The notes under the pieces: generated by a model
Seen by the model: only the letters and a program-made list of their open reading frames with translations
Told to the model about the DNA's origin: nothing
Database searches by the model: none
Made by a program: the position numbers and the translations under genes
From: Trichoplax sp. H2
Taxonomy: Eukaryota
DNA: 64,000 nt
Assembly: GCA_003344405.1 (NCBI GenBank)
Contig: NOWV01000219.1
Location: 1 to 64,000, forward strand
Reading direction: 5' to 3'
Shown here: piece after piece, positions 14,421 to 25,339 of the stretch
Numbering within the stretch: the first letter of the stretch is position 1
How the letters are laid out: each line of letters starts with the position of its first letter

Positions 14421-15996
14421 TTTTCCGGTAGTTTTAATAGCTATAACCTATTTTTTTAATAGCAGACGACATTGGATTAAATTATTCATGTAAAAATCGT
14501 TTTAACTGAGATCGTGGATTCTTTGCTGTAACTAATTTTTAAACTGTCTATATTCATGAATTCTAAAATTTTAATTTCATACAGCTCGGTAGCAAATTAA
14601 GCAATAGATTGACACTGGAATAATCTCTTTTCTTTCAGAATTCTAAATCAGCATTTCAAGTTAAAGAAGGAGGATTAGAGAAACTACATTCCAGTACTAT
14701 TGCCATCATTAGGAAATAAAGAGTCATCTTAAGCTACTTTTACAATTTAGAGTTCAAAAGTTCAGTTCTTTACCAACACTATCTGATAAAAATTAGGCTG
14801 CACTTAGGCTATCTAGTAAATTGTTATCGATAATTACTTATTTTACGTCAGTCAAGAATCCTTGATATGCTTTTGAGATGATATTTGCCTTGTGCTAAGC
14901 CGGATAGGTTACTGCTTTATTAACTAGTAACATCTATCTTTCGTTGATAAAATAGCAACGTTTCCAATAGTAAAACCTTAACTAATCATTTCGCTTAGCA
15001 GCTTTCTGCAAATTTATCACTTCTCACTTGCATCTGTTAGGCTACAATTGCGCCATTAATTGTAGACATACATGTAACCTGCTGTTTTTTACTTCACAAA
15101 TTAGCTTAAATCACTTGAATACTGACTGCTTAGGCATAATCTGCTAGATATTTTCTGCAACAGTAAAGACTAAATTTCATTTTCAATACATTCCTTGCAC
15201 TATTTAAGTTCACTTTGTCATTTTCTTCCTCCTGAACAATTTGAATAAAGAAAATTAGCATACACGCCAATAGTCAACCCCAAAGTAAAGTAGCACTTAA
15301 TTATTATTATTGAGGATTGGCAGAAAAGATCGAGTAAATTATTCTCGCTACAAGCATCTCAATTACTGACTTAATTTTAGTATATTTTAGAATAATATTT
15401 GATTAGTTTGATATTACTAACTGCTTTACGTAGCAAATGAGGATGATGTAACGCGAAAGAGCAATAGTCTAGTAGTTGATGGTTTAAAGAAATTCCAAAG
15501 ATAGGCTAGTAAGAAGTAGGATTTGTATTCCTTAATAATGGGTTATTCTTATTTATTTTTCAGTAGTTCGGCTAGTTAAGGCAGTATGTCTATCTTTTCT
15601 ATCATTCATTTAAGTAATTTTATAAGTTTATTGTTAAAATTATTGTAATTTGGTGTTGTGTTTCAATTATCAATGCAACTGCGATAAAATTTTATGTAAA
15701 CCTGAAAATATAAGATAGCTATTTCGAGTCATGTTGGATATTAGAAAGTTGATTGAAACAGTACTTTAAACAAATTGAGATAATTCTCCAATAAGCTTGA
15801 AATAACATTAACCCGAAGCAATAATTTAATGATGAAAGTAATAACGGTAAAAGTGACTACACAAGATTACTTGCTAATTTTGAAATATCTAGGATTTACT
15901 CCTATCAAGCATTTAGATTACATATCTTTGTCTTATAGTGAAGAAATAATGCAACATTCCGTGATAAAAGCTCAAGTGTACAAAATTATATTCTAT

Positions 15997-16429
15997 TGTT
16001 ACAGTGTTAAATACTGTATTACAGTAGAAATAACTATGTTAGGATAATTCTGTTAGACTATCCTTATTTAGTTAACTTTTAATTTGGATATACTGTGTTT
16101 TAATATAGCACTGACTTTTTATGACAGTGACACTTATACACATACTGAAATTAATAGTTATAATAGGGAATGCAAATCATCTGCTTACAGTTCGAATCAT
16201 TGTGATTGTAATTTACTNNNNNNNNNNNNNNNNNNNNTCATGAACTATTGAGGAATAGTATATAAATGCAGAATATCGTGAAATAAAGAAGAATTTTCCA
16301 ACTTAGTGTTTAACGTAAAATACGAGGCGTTTAAGTCTTTGTGTAGTCTGCTAGTAGAGCAAAAGTGTTTGTGATAGTGCAGATATCGTTTCTTGATACG
16401 TGGTTCAAGGAATTGACTTATTGATCGTA
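15997..16429 (+). mobile_element. Probable LTR (solo or end of an LTR retrotransposon), present on one haplotype
   Basis: Begins TGTTAC exactly where the duplicated flanks (15849-15996 and 16450-16597) diverge. Contains TATATAAA (16259) then AATAAA (16282). Ends ...GATCGTA at a gap, compatible with a terminal GTAACA inverted repeat. Confidence 0.55.
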
Positions 16430-17017
16430 NNNNNNNNNNNNNNNNNNNNAAAAGTGACTACACAAGATTACTTGCTAATTTTGAAATATCTAGGATTTAC
16501 TCCTATCAAGCATTTAGATTACATATCTTTGTCTTATAGTGAAGAAATAATGCAACATTCCGTGATAAAAGCTCAAGTGTACAAAATTATATTCTATGTT
16601 TTCCGATATTTCAAAGTAGTACATATTCGTATGCTTCTTAGCTATATTAACTAGCCATCTCGTAGTGATTTCAGCTAGTTACAGGAATATCGCATGTTCA
16701 CAGTGTAATAGTAAGTAATCTGAAATAAGCACCATATAATATACTGAGCAAATTATATAAATTGATACCGATCAGTGCTCGAGAGCATTCATCGAATATT
16801 CTTGTGGAAATATACTTGAATATATTGACATAAACGGCAGTATTATATGATTTATGATAGGAAAACATAATGATTGTGACGGAAGAAAATAATTAATATT
16901 TAAATATTTCCCCATATATTCTGTACTAAGAGAATCTTCAGCCTTATGTCCAATATTAAGGTTCTCTAGTAATTGACCAGAATGCCCATATTATGAAGCC
17001 TGTACGCCTCATTAGTA

Positions 17018-20000
17018 TCAAGATGATGACGATAAGAGCATTTTAGATGATTTTTGATACATAGATTGAGCTTGTTCTTGCTTATTCTGCTTTTCATACA
17101 CCTTTCCTATCTTATAATAGAGCATCAGAATCTGAGGATGATTGTCATCAACAGTGCATAATTGAATTTTAAGCGATTTCTCGTACATTCGAATAGCTTC
17201 TTCATGCTTGTTTTGTTCAAAGTAAACAGCGCCGAGGTTACTATAAGATATGCCAACGTCCGGATGACTATGATCAAGGACTAAAAGCTGAATTTTTAGT
17301 GATTTCTCGTACATAGCAATGGACTCATCATGTTTTCTTTGAGCGAAATACACTGCTCCTATATCGTTATAAGATTTAGCAGTACGAGGATGATTTTGAC
17401 CAAGAACTGATAATCGAATTTTGAGCGCCTTCTCGTAGATAGAAATAGCTTGTTCAAGTTTTTCCTGATGAAAATAGACAGCTCCTATATTACTATATGA
17501 AGTAGCGACATCAGGATGACTATCACCAAGGACTGATAATTGAATTTTGAGCGATTTTTTGTACATGGAAATTGCCTCTTCATGCTTGCCTAGATTATTA
17601 TATGCAGCTCCTATGCCATTATATGTCTGAGCAACATCTGCTTGGTTGAGACTAGGGACTGATAATCGAATGTTGAGGGACTTCTGATACATAGAAATAG
17701 CCTGATCTTGCTTTCCTTGATTATTATATATATTTCCTAGATTATAGTATGATTGAGCAACATTGGGATGATTGTGATCAAGAACTGACAATTGAATTTT
17801 TAGTGATTTATTATACATAGCAGTAGCTTCTTCAAGCTTGCCTTGATCGAAATATACGTTTCCTAGATTGCTATATGAGCTAGCGACATCAGGATGATTG
17901 TGATCAAGTGCTGATAATTGAATTTTGAGAGTTTTTTTAAACATAGAAATAGCCTCATCGTGTTTTTCCTGGCAATTATACGCAACTCCCATATTGTTAT
18001 ATATCGAAGCCACATCAGGATGATTGTGATTGAGGATCGATAGTTGAATTTTAAGAGCCTTTTTAAACATCGATATAGCTTCCTCATACTTGCCTCGATT
18101 ATGGCATATACTTCCTAGACTGTGAAATGATTTAGCAAGATCGGGATGATCGTCATCAAGAACCGACAATTCGATTTTAAGTGATTTCTTATACATTTGA
18201 ATAGCCTCTTCATGCTTGCTCTGATCGAAATAAGCAGTTCCCATATTGTAATATGATGCAGCAATATCGGGATGATTGTGATCAAGGATTGATAATTGAA
18301 CTTCGAGTGATTTCTCATACATAGAAGTAGCCTCATTATGCTTGCCTTGCTTATTATACACAGCTCCCATATTGTTATATGACTTCGCAACATCGGGATG
18401 GTTGTGACCAAGGATTGAGAGTTTAATTTTGAGTGATTTCTCATACATAAAAATAGCCTCATCATACTTGCCCTGATTACTATACGCAGCTCCCATGTTG
18501 TTATATGATTTGGCAACATTGGAATGCTTTTCGCCAAAGATTGATAATTGAATTTTGATTCCCTTTTCATACATACGAATAGCCTCTCTATACTTAGCCT
18601 GATCAGCATATGCATTTCCAAGATTGTTATATGATGTGGCAATATCAGGATGATCCAAATCAAGGATCGATAATTGAATTTTGAGTGACTTCTCATACAT
18701 GGAAATTGCATCTCCATATCTGCCTTGATCAGCATACACATTTCCTAGATTATTATATGACGTAGCAACATCGGAATGCTCGTGACCAAGAGCCGATAAT
18801 TGAGTTTTGAGTGATTTCTTAAACATAGCAATCGCCTCTTCATGCTTACTTTGATCATTATAGATAGCTCCCATATTGTTATATAATTTAGCAATGTCGG
18901 GATGATCGTAACCAACAGCTGACAACTGAATTTTAAGTGATTTCTCATACATACGAATAGCTTCTTCATGTTTACTTTGATTGTAGTATATATTAGCTAT
19001 ATTGCTATATGATATAGCGATATCGGGATGACTGTGATCAAGGACTGATAATTTAATGTCGAGAGACTTGTTATACAAGGAAATAGCCTCTTCATATTTG
19101 TTTTGATTAGAATATACGTCTCCCATATTATCGTAGGATTGGGCAACATCGGGATGATTGCAATCAAGGACAGACATTCGAATTTTAAGTGACTTCTCAT
19201 ACATTGCGATAGCCTCGTTATGCTTTCCTTGATGCATATACGCAAGACCAATGTTGCTATATAACTTAGCAACGTCGGGGTGATTATGGCCAAGGATTGA
19301 TAATTGAATTTCTAATGACTTCTTATACATACGAATAGCTTCCTCACGCTTGCACTGATCAATATACACCGCTCCCATATTATTATAAGATACAGCAATA
19401 TCAGGATGCTTATGATCAAGAGCTGATATTTGAATTTGGAGTGATTTTTCATACAAAGAAATAGCCTCATCATATTTGCCCTGATCCGCATACACATTTC
19501 CCAGTTTACTATAAGATGAAGCAACATCGGGATGATTGTGACCAAAGGCCGATAATTTAATTTCAAGGGACTTATTATATATGGAAATAGATTCTTCATA
19601 CTTGCCCTGTTTTCTATATACAGATCCCAAGTTGCTATATAGTTGGGCAACATTAAGATGATCGTGGCCTAAAATGGACAATTGAATTTTAAGTGATTTC
19701 TTAAACATTAAAATAGCTTCTTCATACTTGCTCTGATTTGAATACACACTTCCTAGATTGTTATAGGATTGAGCAACATCAGGATGATTATTATTCAAAA
19801 TTAATAATCGAATTTTGAGTGACTTGTTATACATAGAAATAGCCTCTTCATGGTTTCCCTGTTCAAAATTTATGTTTCCTAGGTTATTATATGATTTGGC
19901 AATATCGGGATGATTGTGATCTAGCAGTGACAATTGAATATTGAGTGATTTCTTATACATGGAAATAGCCAGTTCATGCTTGCCTTGATGATAATACACA

Positions 20001-21457
20001 TTTCCCAAGTTATTATATGACGTGGCAACATCTTGATGGTCGTGACCGAGGACGGATAATTGAATTTTGAGTGAGTTCTCATACATCGATATAGCCTGTT
20101 CATATTTGGCCTGTTGCTTATAGACAAGACCAATGTTGTTATAAGATTTGGCAACATCAGAATGGTTGTGGCCAAGGACTAGCAATTGAATTTTAAGTGA
20201 CTTTTCAAACACAGAAATAGCCTTTTCGTGCTTGCCCTGATTAATATATACAGCACCCATGTTGTTATATAAGGCAGCAATGTCGGGATGATCATGACCA
20301 AGGACTAACAATTGAATTTTAAGTGACTTTTCAAACACAGAAATTGCCTTTTCGTGCTTGCCCTGATTAATATATACAGCACCCATGTTGTTATATAAGG
20401 CAGCAATGTCGGGATGATCATGACCAAGGACTGATAATTGCATTTGGAGTGATTTCTCATACATGGAGATAGCCTCATCGTATCTACATTGAGTATAGTA
20501 NNNNNNNNNNNNNNNNNNNNTATATGATTTGGCAATATCGGGATGATTGTGATCTAGCAGTGACAATTGAATATTGAGTGATTTCTTATACATGGAAATA
20601 GCCAGTTCATGCTTGCCTTGATGATAATACACATTTCCCAAGTTATTATATGACGTGGCAACATCTTGATGGTCGTGACCGAGGACGGATAATTGAATTT
20701 TGAGTGAGTTCTCATACATCGATATAGCCTGTTCATATTTGGCCTGTTGCTTATAGACAAGACCAATGTTGTTATAAGATTTGGCAACATCAGAATGGTT
20801 GTGGCCAAGGACTAGCAATTGAATTTTAAGTGACTTTTCAAACACAGAAATAGCCTTTTCGTGCTTGCCCTGATTAATATATACAGCACCCATGTTGTTA
20901 TATAAGGCAGCAATGTCGGGATGATCATGACCAAGGACTGATAATTGCATTTGGAGTGATTTCTCATACATGGAGATAGCCTCATCGTATCTACATTGAG
21001 TATAGTAGATCGTTGCTATCTTTAGGTAAGAATGATTGACACCTAAATCTCCTTTGCTAACGTAACTTAATTTCATATCAAGTGATTTTATATAGTCAGC
21101 CAATGCTCCATTCCAATCTTCTTTGACTTGCTTTATGTCACCATGTCTCTCTAAACATCGAATAATCATTCTTTCTTCTTTCAGCTTCTCAGCTACTTTT
21201 CGTGCTTGTATAGTTATTTCCTCGGCTTTCGTCCATTCACTTTGTTTCATATATATGCTACTCACGCGAAGACAGATATCACATTCAAGTCGATCTAAAT
21301 CAGCAATTCTTACAAACATAACTTGAATTTTATCCAAGATTCGTGTATAACAAGATATTGCTTCGTTAAGATTGCCAGCCTGATGATTTTCTATGGCCTT
21401 TGCATAAAGTGATTTTATTGCCTGAAGGAAAGCAGACTTGCCAGATCGATATTCCAT
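17018..21457 (-). CDS. Intronless tetratricopeptide-repeat protein with 42-aa units (kinesin light chain/nephrocystin-3-like TPR type)
   Basis: ORF track gives 1479 aa with ~30 units of consensus HPDVAxSYNNxGxVYxxQGKxEEAIxMYEKSLKIQLSxLGHx. It spans an N gap with duplicated flanks, so the true length is likely ~1310 or ~1268 aa. Confidence 0.92.
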   Translation of the reverse strand: MEYRSGKSAFLQAIKSLYAKAIENHQAGNLNEAISCYTRILDKIQVMFVRIADLDRLECDICLRVSSIYMKQSEWTKAEEITIQARKVAEKLKEERMIIRCLERHGDIKQVKEDWNGALADYIKSLDMKLSYVSKGDLGVNHSYLKIATIYYTQCRYDEAISMYEKSLQMQLSVLGHDHPDIAALYNNMGAVYINQGKHEKAISVFEKSLKIQLLVLGHNHSDVAKSYNNIGLVYKQQAKYEQAISMYENSLKIQLSVLGHDHQDVATSYNNLGNVYYHQGKHELAISMYKKSLNIQLSLLDHNHPDIAKSYXXXXXXXYYTQCRYDEAISMYEKSLQMQLSVLGHDHPDIAALYNNMGAVYINQGKHEKAISVFEKSLKIQLLVLGHDHPDIAALYNNMGAVYINQGKHEKAISVFEKSLKIQLLVLGHNHSDVAKSYNNIGLVYKQQAKYEQAISMYENSLKIQLSVLGHDHQDVATSYNNLGNVYYHQGKHELAISMYKKSLNIQLSLLDHNHPDIAKSYNNLGNINFEQGNHEEAISMYNKSLKIRLLILNNNHPDVAQSYNNLGSVYSNQSKYEEAILMFKKSLKIQLSILGHDHLNVAQLYSNLGSVYRKQGKYEESISIYNKSLEIKLSAFGHNHPDVASSYSKLGNVYADQGKYDEAISLYEKSLQIQISALDHKHPDIAVSYNNMGAVYIDQCKREEAIRMYKKSLEIQLSILGHNHPDVAKLYSNIGLAYMHQGKHNEAIAMYEKSLKIRMSVLDCNHPDVAQSYDNMGDVYSNQNKYEEAISLYNKSLDIKLSVLDHSHPDIAISYSNIANIYYNQSKHEEAIRMYEKSLKIQLSAVGYDHPDIAKLYNNMGAIYNDQSKHEEAIAMFKKSLKTQLSALGHEHSDVATSYNNLGNVYADQGRYGDAISMYEKSLKIQLSILDLDHPDIATSYNNLGNAYADQAKYREAIRMYEKGIKIQLSIFGEKHSNVAKSYNNMGAAYSNQGKYDEAIFMYEKSLKIKLSILGHNHPDVAKSYNNMGAVYNKQGKHNEATSMYEKSLEVQLSILDHNHPDIAASYYNMGTAYFDQSKHEEAIQMYKKSLKIELSVLDDDHPDLAKSFHSLGSICHNRGKYEEAISMFKKALKIQLSILNHNHPDVASIYNNMGVAYNCQEKHDEAISMFKKTLKIQLSALDHNHPDVASSYSNLGNVYFDQGKLEEATAMYNKSLKIQLSVLDHNHPNVAQSYYNLGNIYNNQGKQDQAISMYQKSLNIRLSVPSLNQADVAQTYNGIGAAYNNLGKHEEAISMYKKSLKIQLSVLGDSHPDVATSYSNIGAVYFHQEKLEQAISIYEKALKIRLSVLGQNHPRTAKSYNDIGAVYFAQRKHDESIAMYEKSLKIQLLVLDHSHPDVGISYSNLGAVYFEQNKHEEAIRMYEKSLKIQLCTVDDNHPQILMLYYKIGKVYEKQNKQEQAQSMYQKSSKMLLSSSS

Positions 21458-23574
21458 ACTTAAAATCTAACGAATAACAGATTCAATATCAGATAACATT
21501 AGCTAAACAAACAGTTCAATTATGAGATGGCAAATAAGACTTACAGTAAACGAAGATTACTACAATTATTAAAGATAGCTTTCTTCTAGGCTAATAATTT
21601 GTGACTTTATCACCGATTGTCATGTAATAAAGATCTGGTCAATTATATTATTTGGTGTCGTAGATATAGCTTGACAAAGATAATTATCGAAAGTAATTAA
21701 CATAGGTACCTCGTCATGCCTGTGGAGTTATATAGTGTAGGCTATAAGACAACAACAATTTAGGGGCGGCACTCAGAAAAAAGTTTCTATAGTTACTTGC
21801 AGCGCTATAATGGCATGCAATGAAAAACATTCTTAATTGGAGATTACCGCTCATTATCATTGAGTATAAAAGTGCCTGGTACAGTATAAAATATACCTTA
21901 AGATATACTCTACTACATTATCCAATGTGGTAGATATTGGTAGATGACAATAAGCTTAGAAAGTAATTAACTGGTTTACCCAGTTGCTTCTCTAATGTCT
22001 AATGCTCTTGCTATAAAGTACCAGAATAGCTGTAAATTGAGGGGCAATATCATGAGTAGGACATTGTTCCTTATGTAATAAAACCAGTACAATTTTGTAA
22101 CCAAAATGAATAGAAGTATTTATATGGCATAGCAACTGTTCGTAACAAAGCAGATTTTAAATACTGTTAATTAAGAATTATTACTCCTCAGATGGAATTA
22201 TTTGTGATAATGCTTTCGTACACCGTGGCATACCGTATGCATTAAAGATGATATCATATGCATACTCTTAACATACGATTCGTAGTACATCGGAATACAT
22301 GAATATACACTGTATTATTTCTTCTGTATTATTGGTATATGGAAGATGGAGATGGCCGAAAAGATATGACATTGGACGATAGTAAGCTTAATTGGTTCTG
22401 TATGATGTTCACAGACGTATCATGATATCGTCTTGCTAACTTGTATTGAATATCAGACGTGGGATAATTGAATACAGAGCTAAATCGCTTATACGCTGAC
22501 TGTCATTCTTTTCTATACTCAATTCAGCGAGAAAACTCTTTAAATGATACATTAATTATAGCTATTAATCTTCTTATACTTGCTCAATCTTGATATTTTA
22601 AATACGTTGCGGGCTTAATGTATACTCATAAAACGATCTTGTTATTATTGTACTGTAGATATCCTCTATCGAGTCAATATTTAGTAATTTCAAGCACTAG
22701 TGCACTACGGTACTTAATCATAAAATGCAAAAATTTGAATTTAACAAATAATAATATAACCTCTGTCTCAATTGCAATGCAACTAGTAGTTATCCATCTA
22801 ACTGAGGGTCTTAATGTTAGCATTTCAGCTGCAACAGACAAGAGTTCTAGTTGATATCGAAAAAGAATAGATTAGTTAACTCTAGACTAGAGTCATAAAC
22901 TAAGAGAGCTTCTTAGGTTTTCATTATTGAAAATATTCTTAGCTATAGAGCGACATGAATAGAAAGTAGCTTGACTTTTCCAGTAAAGGCTATCTTATCT
23001 GATGAGTTCTTATTATCACATATGCGTACATTTGTGAATGACTTGTTACGCTTATTTTGCCAAATTTATAAACTAATTCACTGCTATTTAATTCATCTAC
23101 GCCTAATCTAGATTGTAAACTCTTTTCTTACTCATTGCAATTGATTCAATAATTTTACAATATACGGGTATTTATATAGGATTGTAGTGATGGAGGGTTC
23201 GAAGAGTCAGGTCAGATAATGTGGTTTTAGTTGCCATGAGTAAAGTGTGAATACTACCTGTGACTAATAATGCAACTTAAGAAATCTAAGGTAGAAAAAA
23301 CGGCGGTATTTATAGCTATAGCATTAAAACACATGCAGAGAACATGATTGTAGGATTAGATTCAACATATGTCATAACAGATTATAGAATAGCAGATGAT
23401 TGTAGAAAATAGCGAGGACTGTAATAACTAAATGTAGTAAGCCATATTTGAATGTAGAGCGAACAGACTGAAGATATGTCTCAATATAAGATCGATACAA
23501 GATGTCTATATTTAAGAGTAGAATATAGCCGTTGTATGTTCTAAATACACTACAATTGCATTATACGAATTATT

Positions 23575-25095
23575 AAAAAAACTGGCTGCAATTCAATAGA
23601 GATTAAAATGAAGCTTTGATTTACCATTCAACAAAAATACTTATTTGCTTATCATATAACCGTCTATCGGTACAATTAATAGGCTTATCTAGTAATAATA
23701 TCTTCTCTGCTGACAAGAGCATCTATAACAGAAGTATATAGCCATGAAATTGCACTGGAATTGATTAATAATCAATTTTTAATTTTTTGGAAATTCTTTG
23801 ATATTAAAAAATTTTAAAATGTTAACAATCGTTATAATTAATTATCGGTATTTACAACACTTGAAACTTATGCTAGAGATCATACACACTTGATTTACTG
23901 TAGATCTATTGAGATCACTCTCGAGTGAGCTTTCGTATGGGCAATGTTATAAATTTGTAACGAGGAATATTTAAAACTATAGCAGAAATCACAGCACTAC
24001 GAGTCTACTTTCAGCTTTGTTCTCTTTAACTTTTACAAACACCAAAACTCTAAATGCTAACGATATTCTATCATTAGAAGAAGCATTAGAAGCGATAGGC
24101 TCCCTTTAAACAAACAGAACCCGAAATTTGTTAAAAAATTCAGAAATAAATAGTGCTGTAAAATTAAGCAATTTTCTATTGAAATCATGTAAAACACGTC
24201 ACTGATAATTTGACACATTCCTAGATAAGCAATCTTATTTTACATTAAACTGATTGCTATAAGCGATTCTCTTGAGAATTTAAATTTTTGACAGTATACT
24301 ATTTCCTATTTTATAAGGTGGTATCAGCATACCTAAAATAAAATATAAATTGTGTCTAAATAATTTATATGTTATCAACTCCTTACTCATGAAATAAATT
24401 GGGTATAGCACCTGCTTAACTTAATAACGAAATTAAAATATAATACTGTTATAGGTAATTTATAAAACTGGCTGCAATTTGATAGAGAATAAAATTATTA
24501 ATGATAAGTTAGTCATTTGACAGTATTACATATACACGTAACTCTTACAACTTAATTTTGCGTTCATACAGTATATCATAAGGAAGTGATAAATCTGATT
24601 TTTATTGTGTTGCTTGCAATATTCGCGTTATTTCGGCAGTAAATTATGCCTTAATAAACAGAAAAAGGATTTGCATGTATCGATTTATTCAACTCCTTGA
24701 TTAAAGTAACATATATTATCACGACAGTTGACTAAGTAATTTATTCCAATCGCAGGTATCTTAAAAATAATACAGCTTACTGTATCTATTTATCAAATGT
24801 ATCTGTCTGATTAACATAGGCTAGTCTATCAATACAATCTATTTGCCGATCTAATTGTAAAATTTCTACCTACAAGACTATCTGTAAGAGAAGAACGTAG
24901 CAATGAAATTGTACTGGTATCAATTAATTACCTATTTTAAAAAATTTTTGGCAATATCTGATATTATAAAAATTCAAAAACCGTAACTATGGATTATTAT
25001 CAACAGTATTTAGAATATTTTTAGCCTATCGTAGAAATTAAACGCTCTTGATTTTACTGTTGATTTATAGAAATTGCTCTGGAATGAGCCATTAA
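23575..25095. repeat. Old diverged local duplication (about 23575-23940 vs 24465-25095)
   Basis: Shared blocks in the same order: AAAACTGGCTGCAATT..ATAGAGA, ATGAAATTG.ACTGG, TGATATTA..AAAATT, CTTGATTT.ACTGT.GAT.TAT.GA.AT..CTCT..A.TGAGC. Confidence 0.6.
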
Positions 25096-25339
25096 ATAGG
25101 GCTAGTATGTTGTAGTAGTAGTAACGCAAACACAAACATGAATTCCTTTACTCTTTTTAGTCCGAATTTTATAAATAGAATTCAACTCAGCCATGATTTA
25201 GCAAAGTTGCTAAAAGGCATGTTTGCTAGAATGCAACATTAAAAAGTGAACATCTTCGGATTTTAATTTCAAAATTAAAAAATTTTGCAACCGGTAGATT
25301 TTAGATCGAGTTGTTCCGGATGGAGATCTGTACCATCTT

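Noticed and set aside
15829..16654. Two similar small ORFs (72 and 84 aa) suggesting a duplicated gene
   Set aside because: They arise from the same non-coding flank assembled twice around N gaps; no protein features.
17863..20808. Eight 74-208 aa alternate-frame ORFs inside the TPR gene
   Set aside because: Shadow ORFs produced by the 126-bp periodicity and codon bias of the main frame; they are repeatedly broken by stops.
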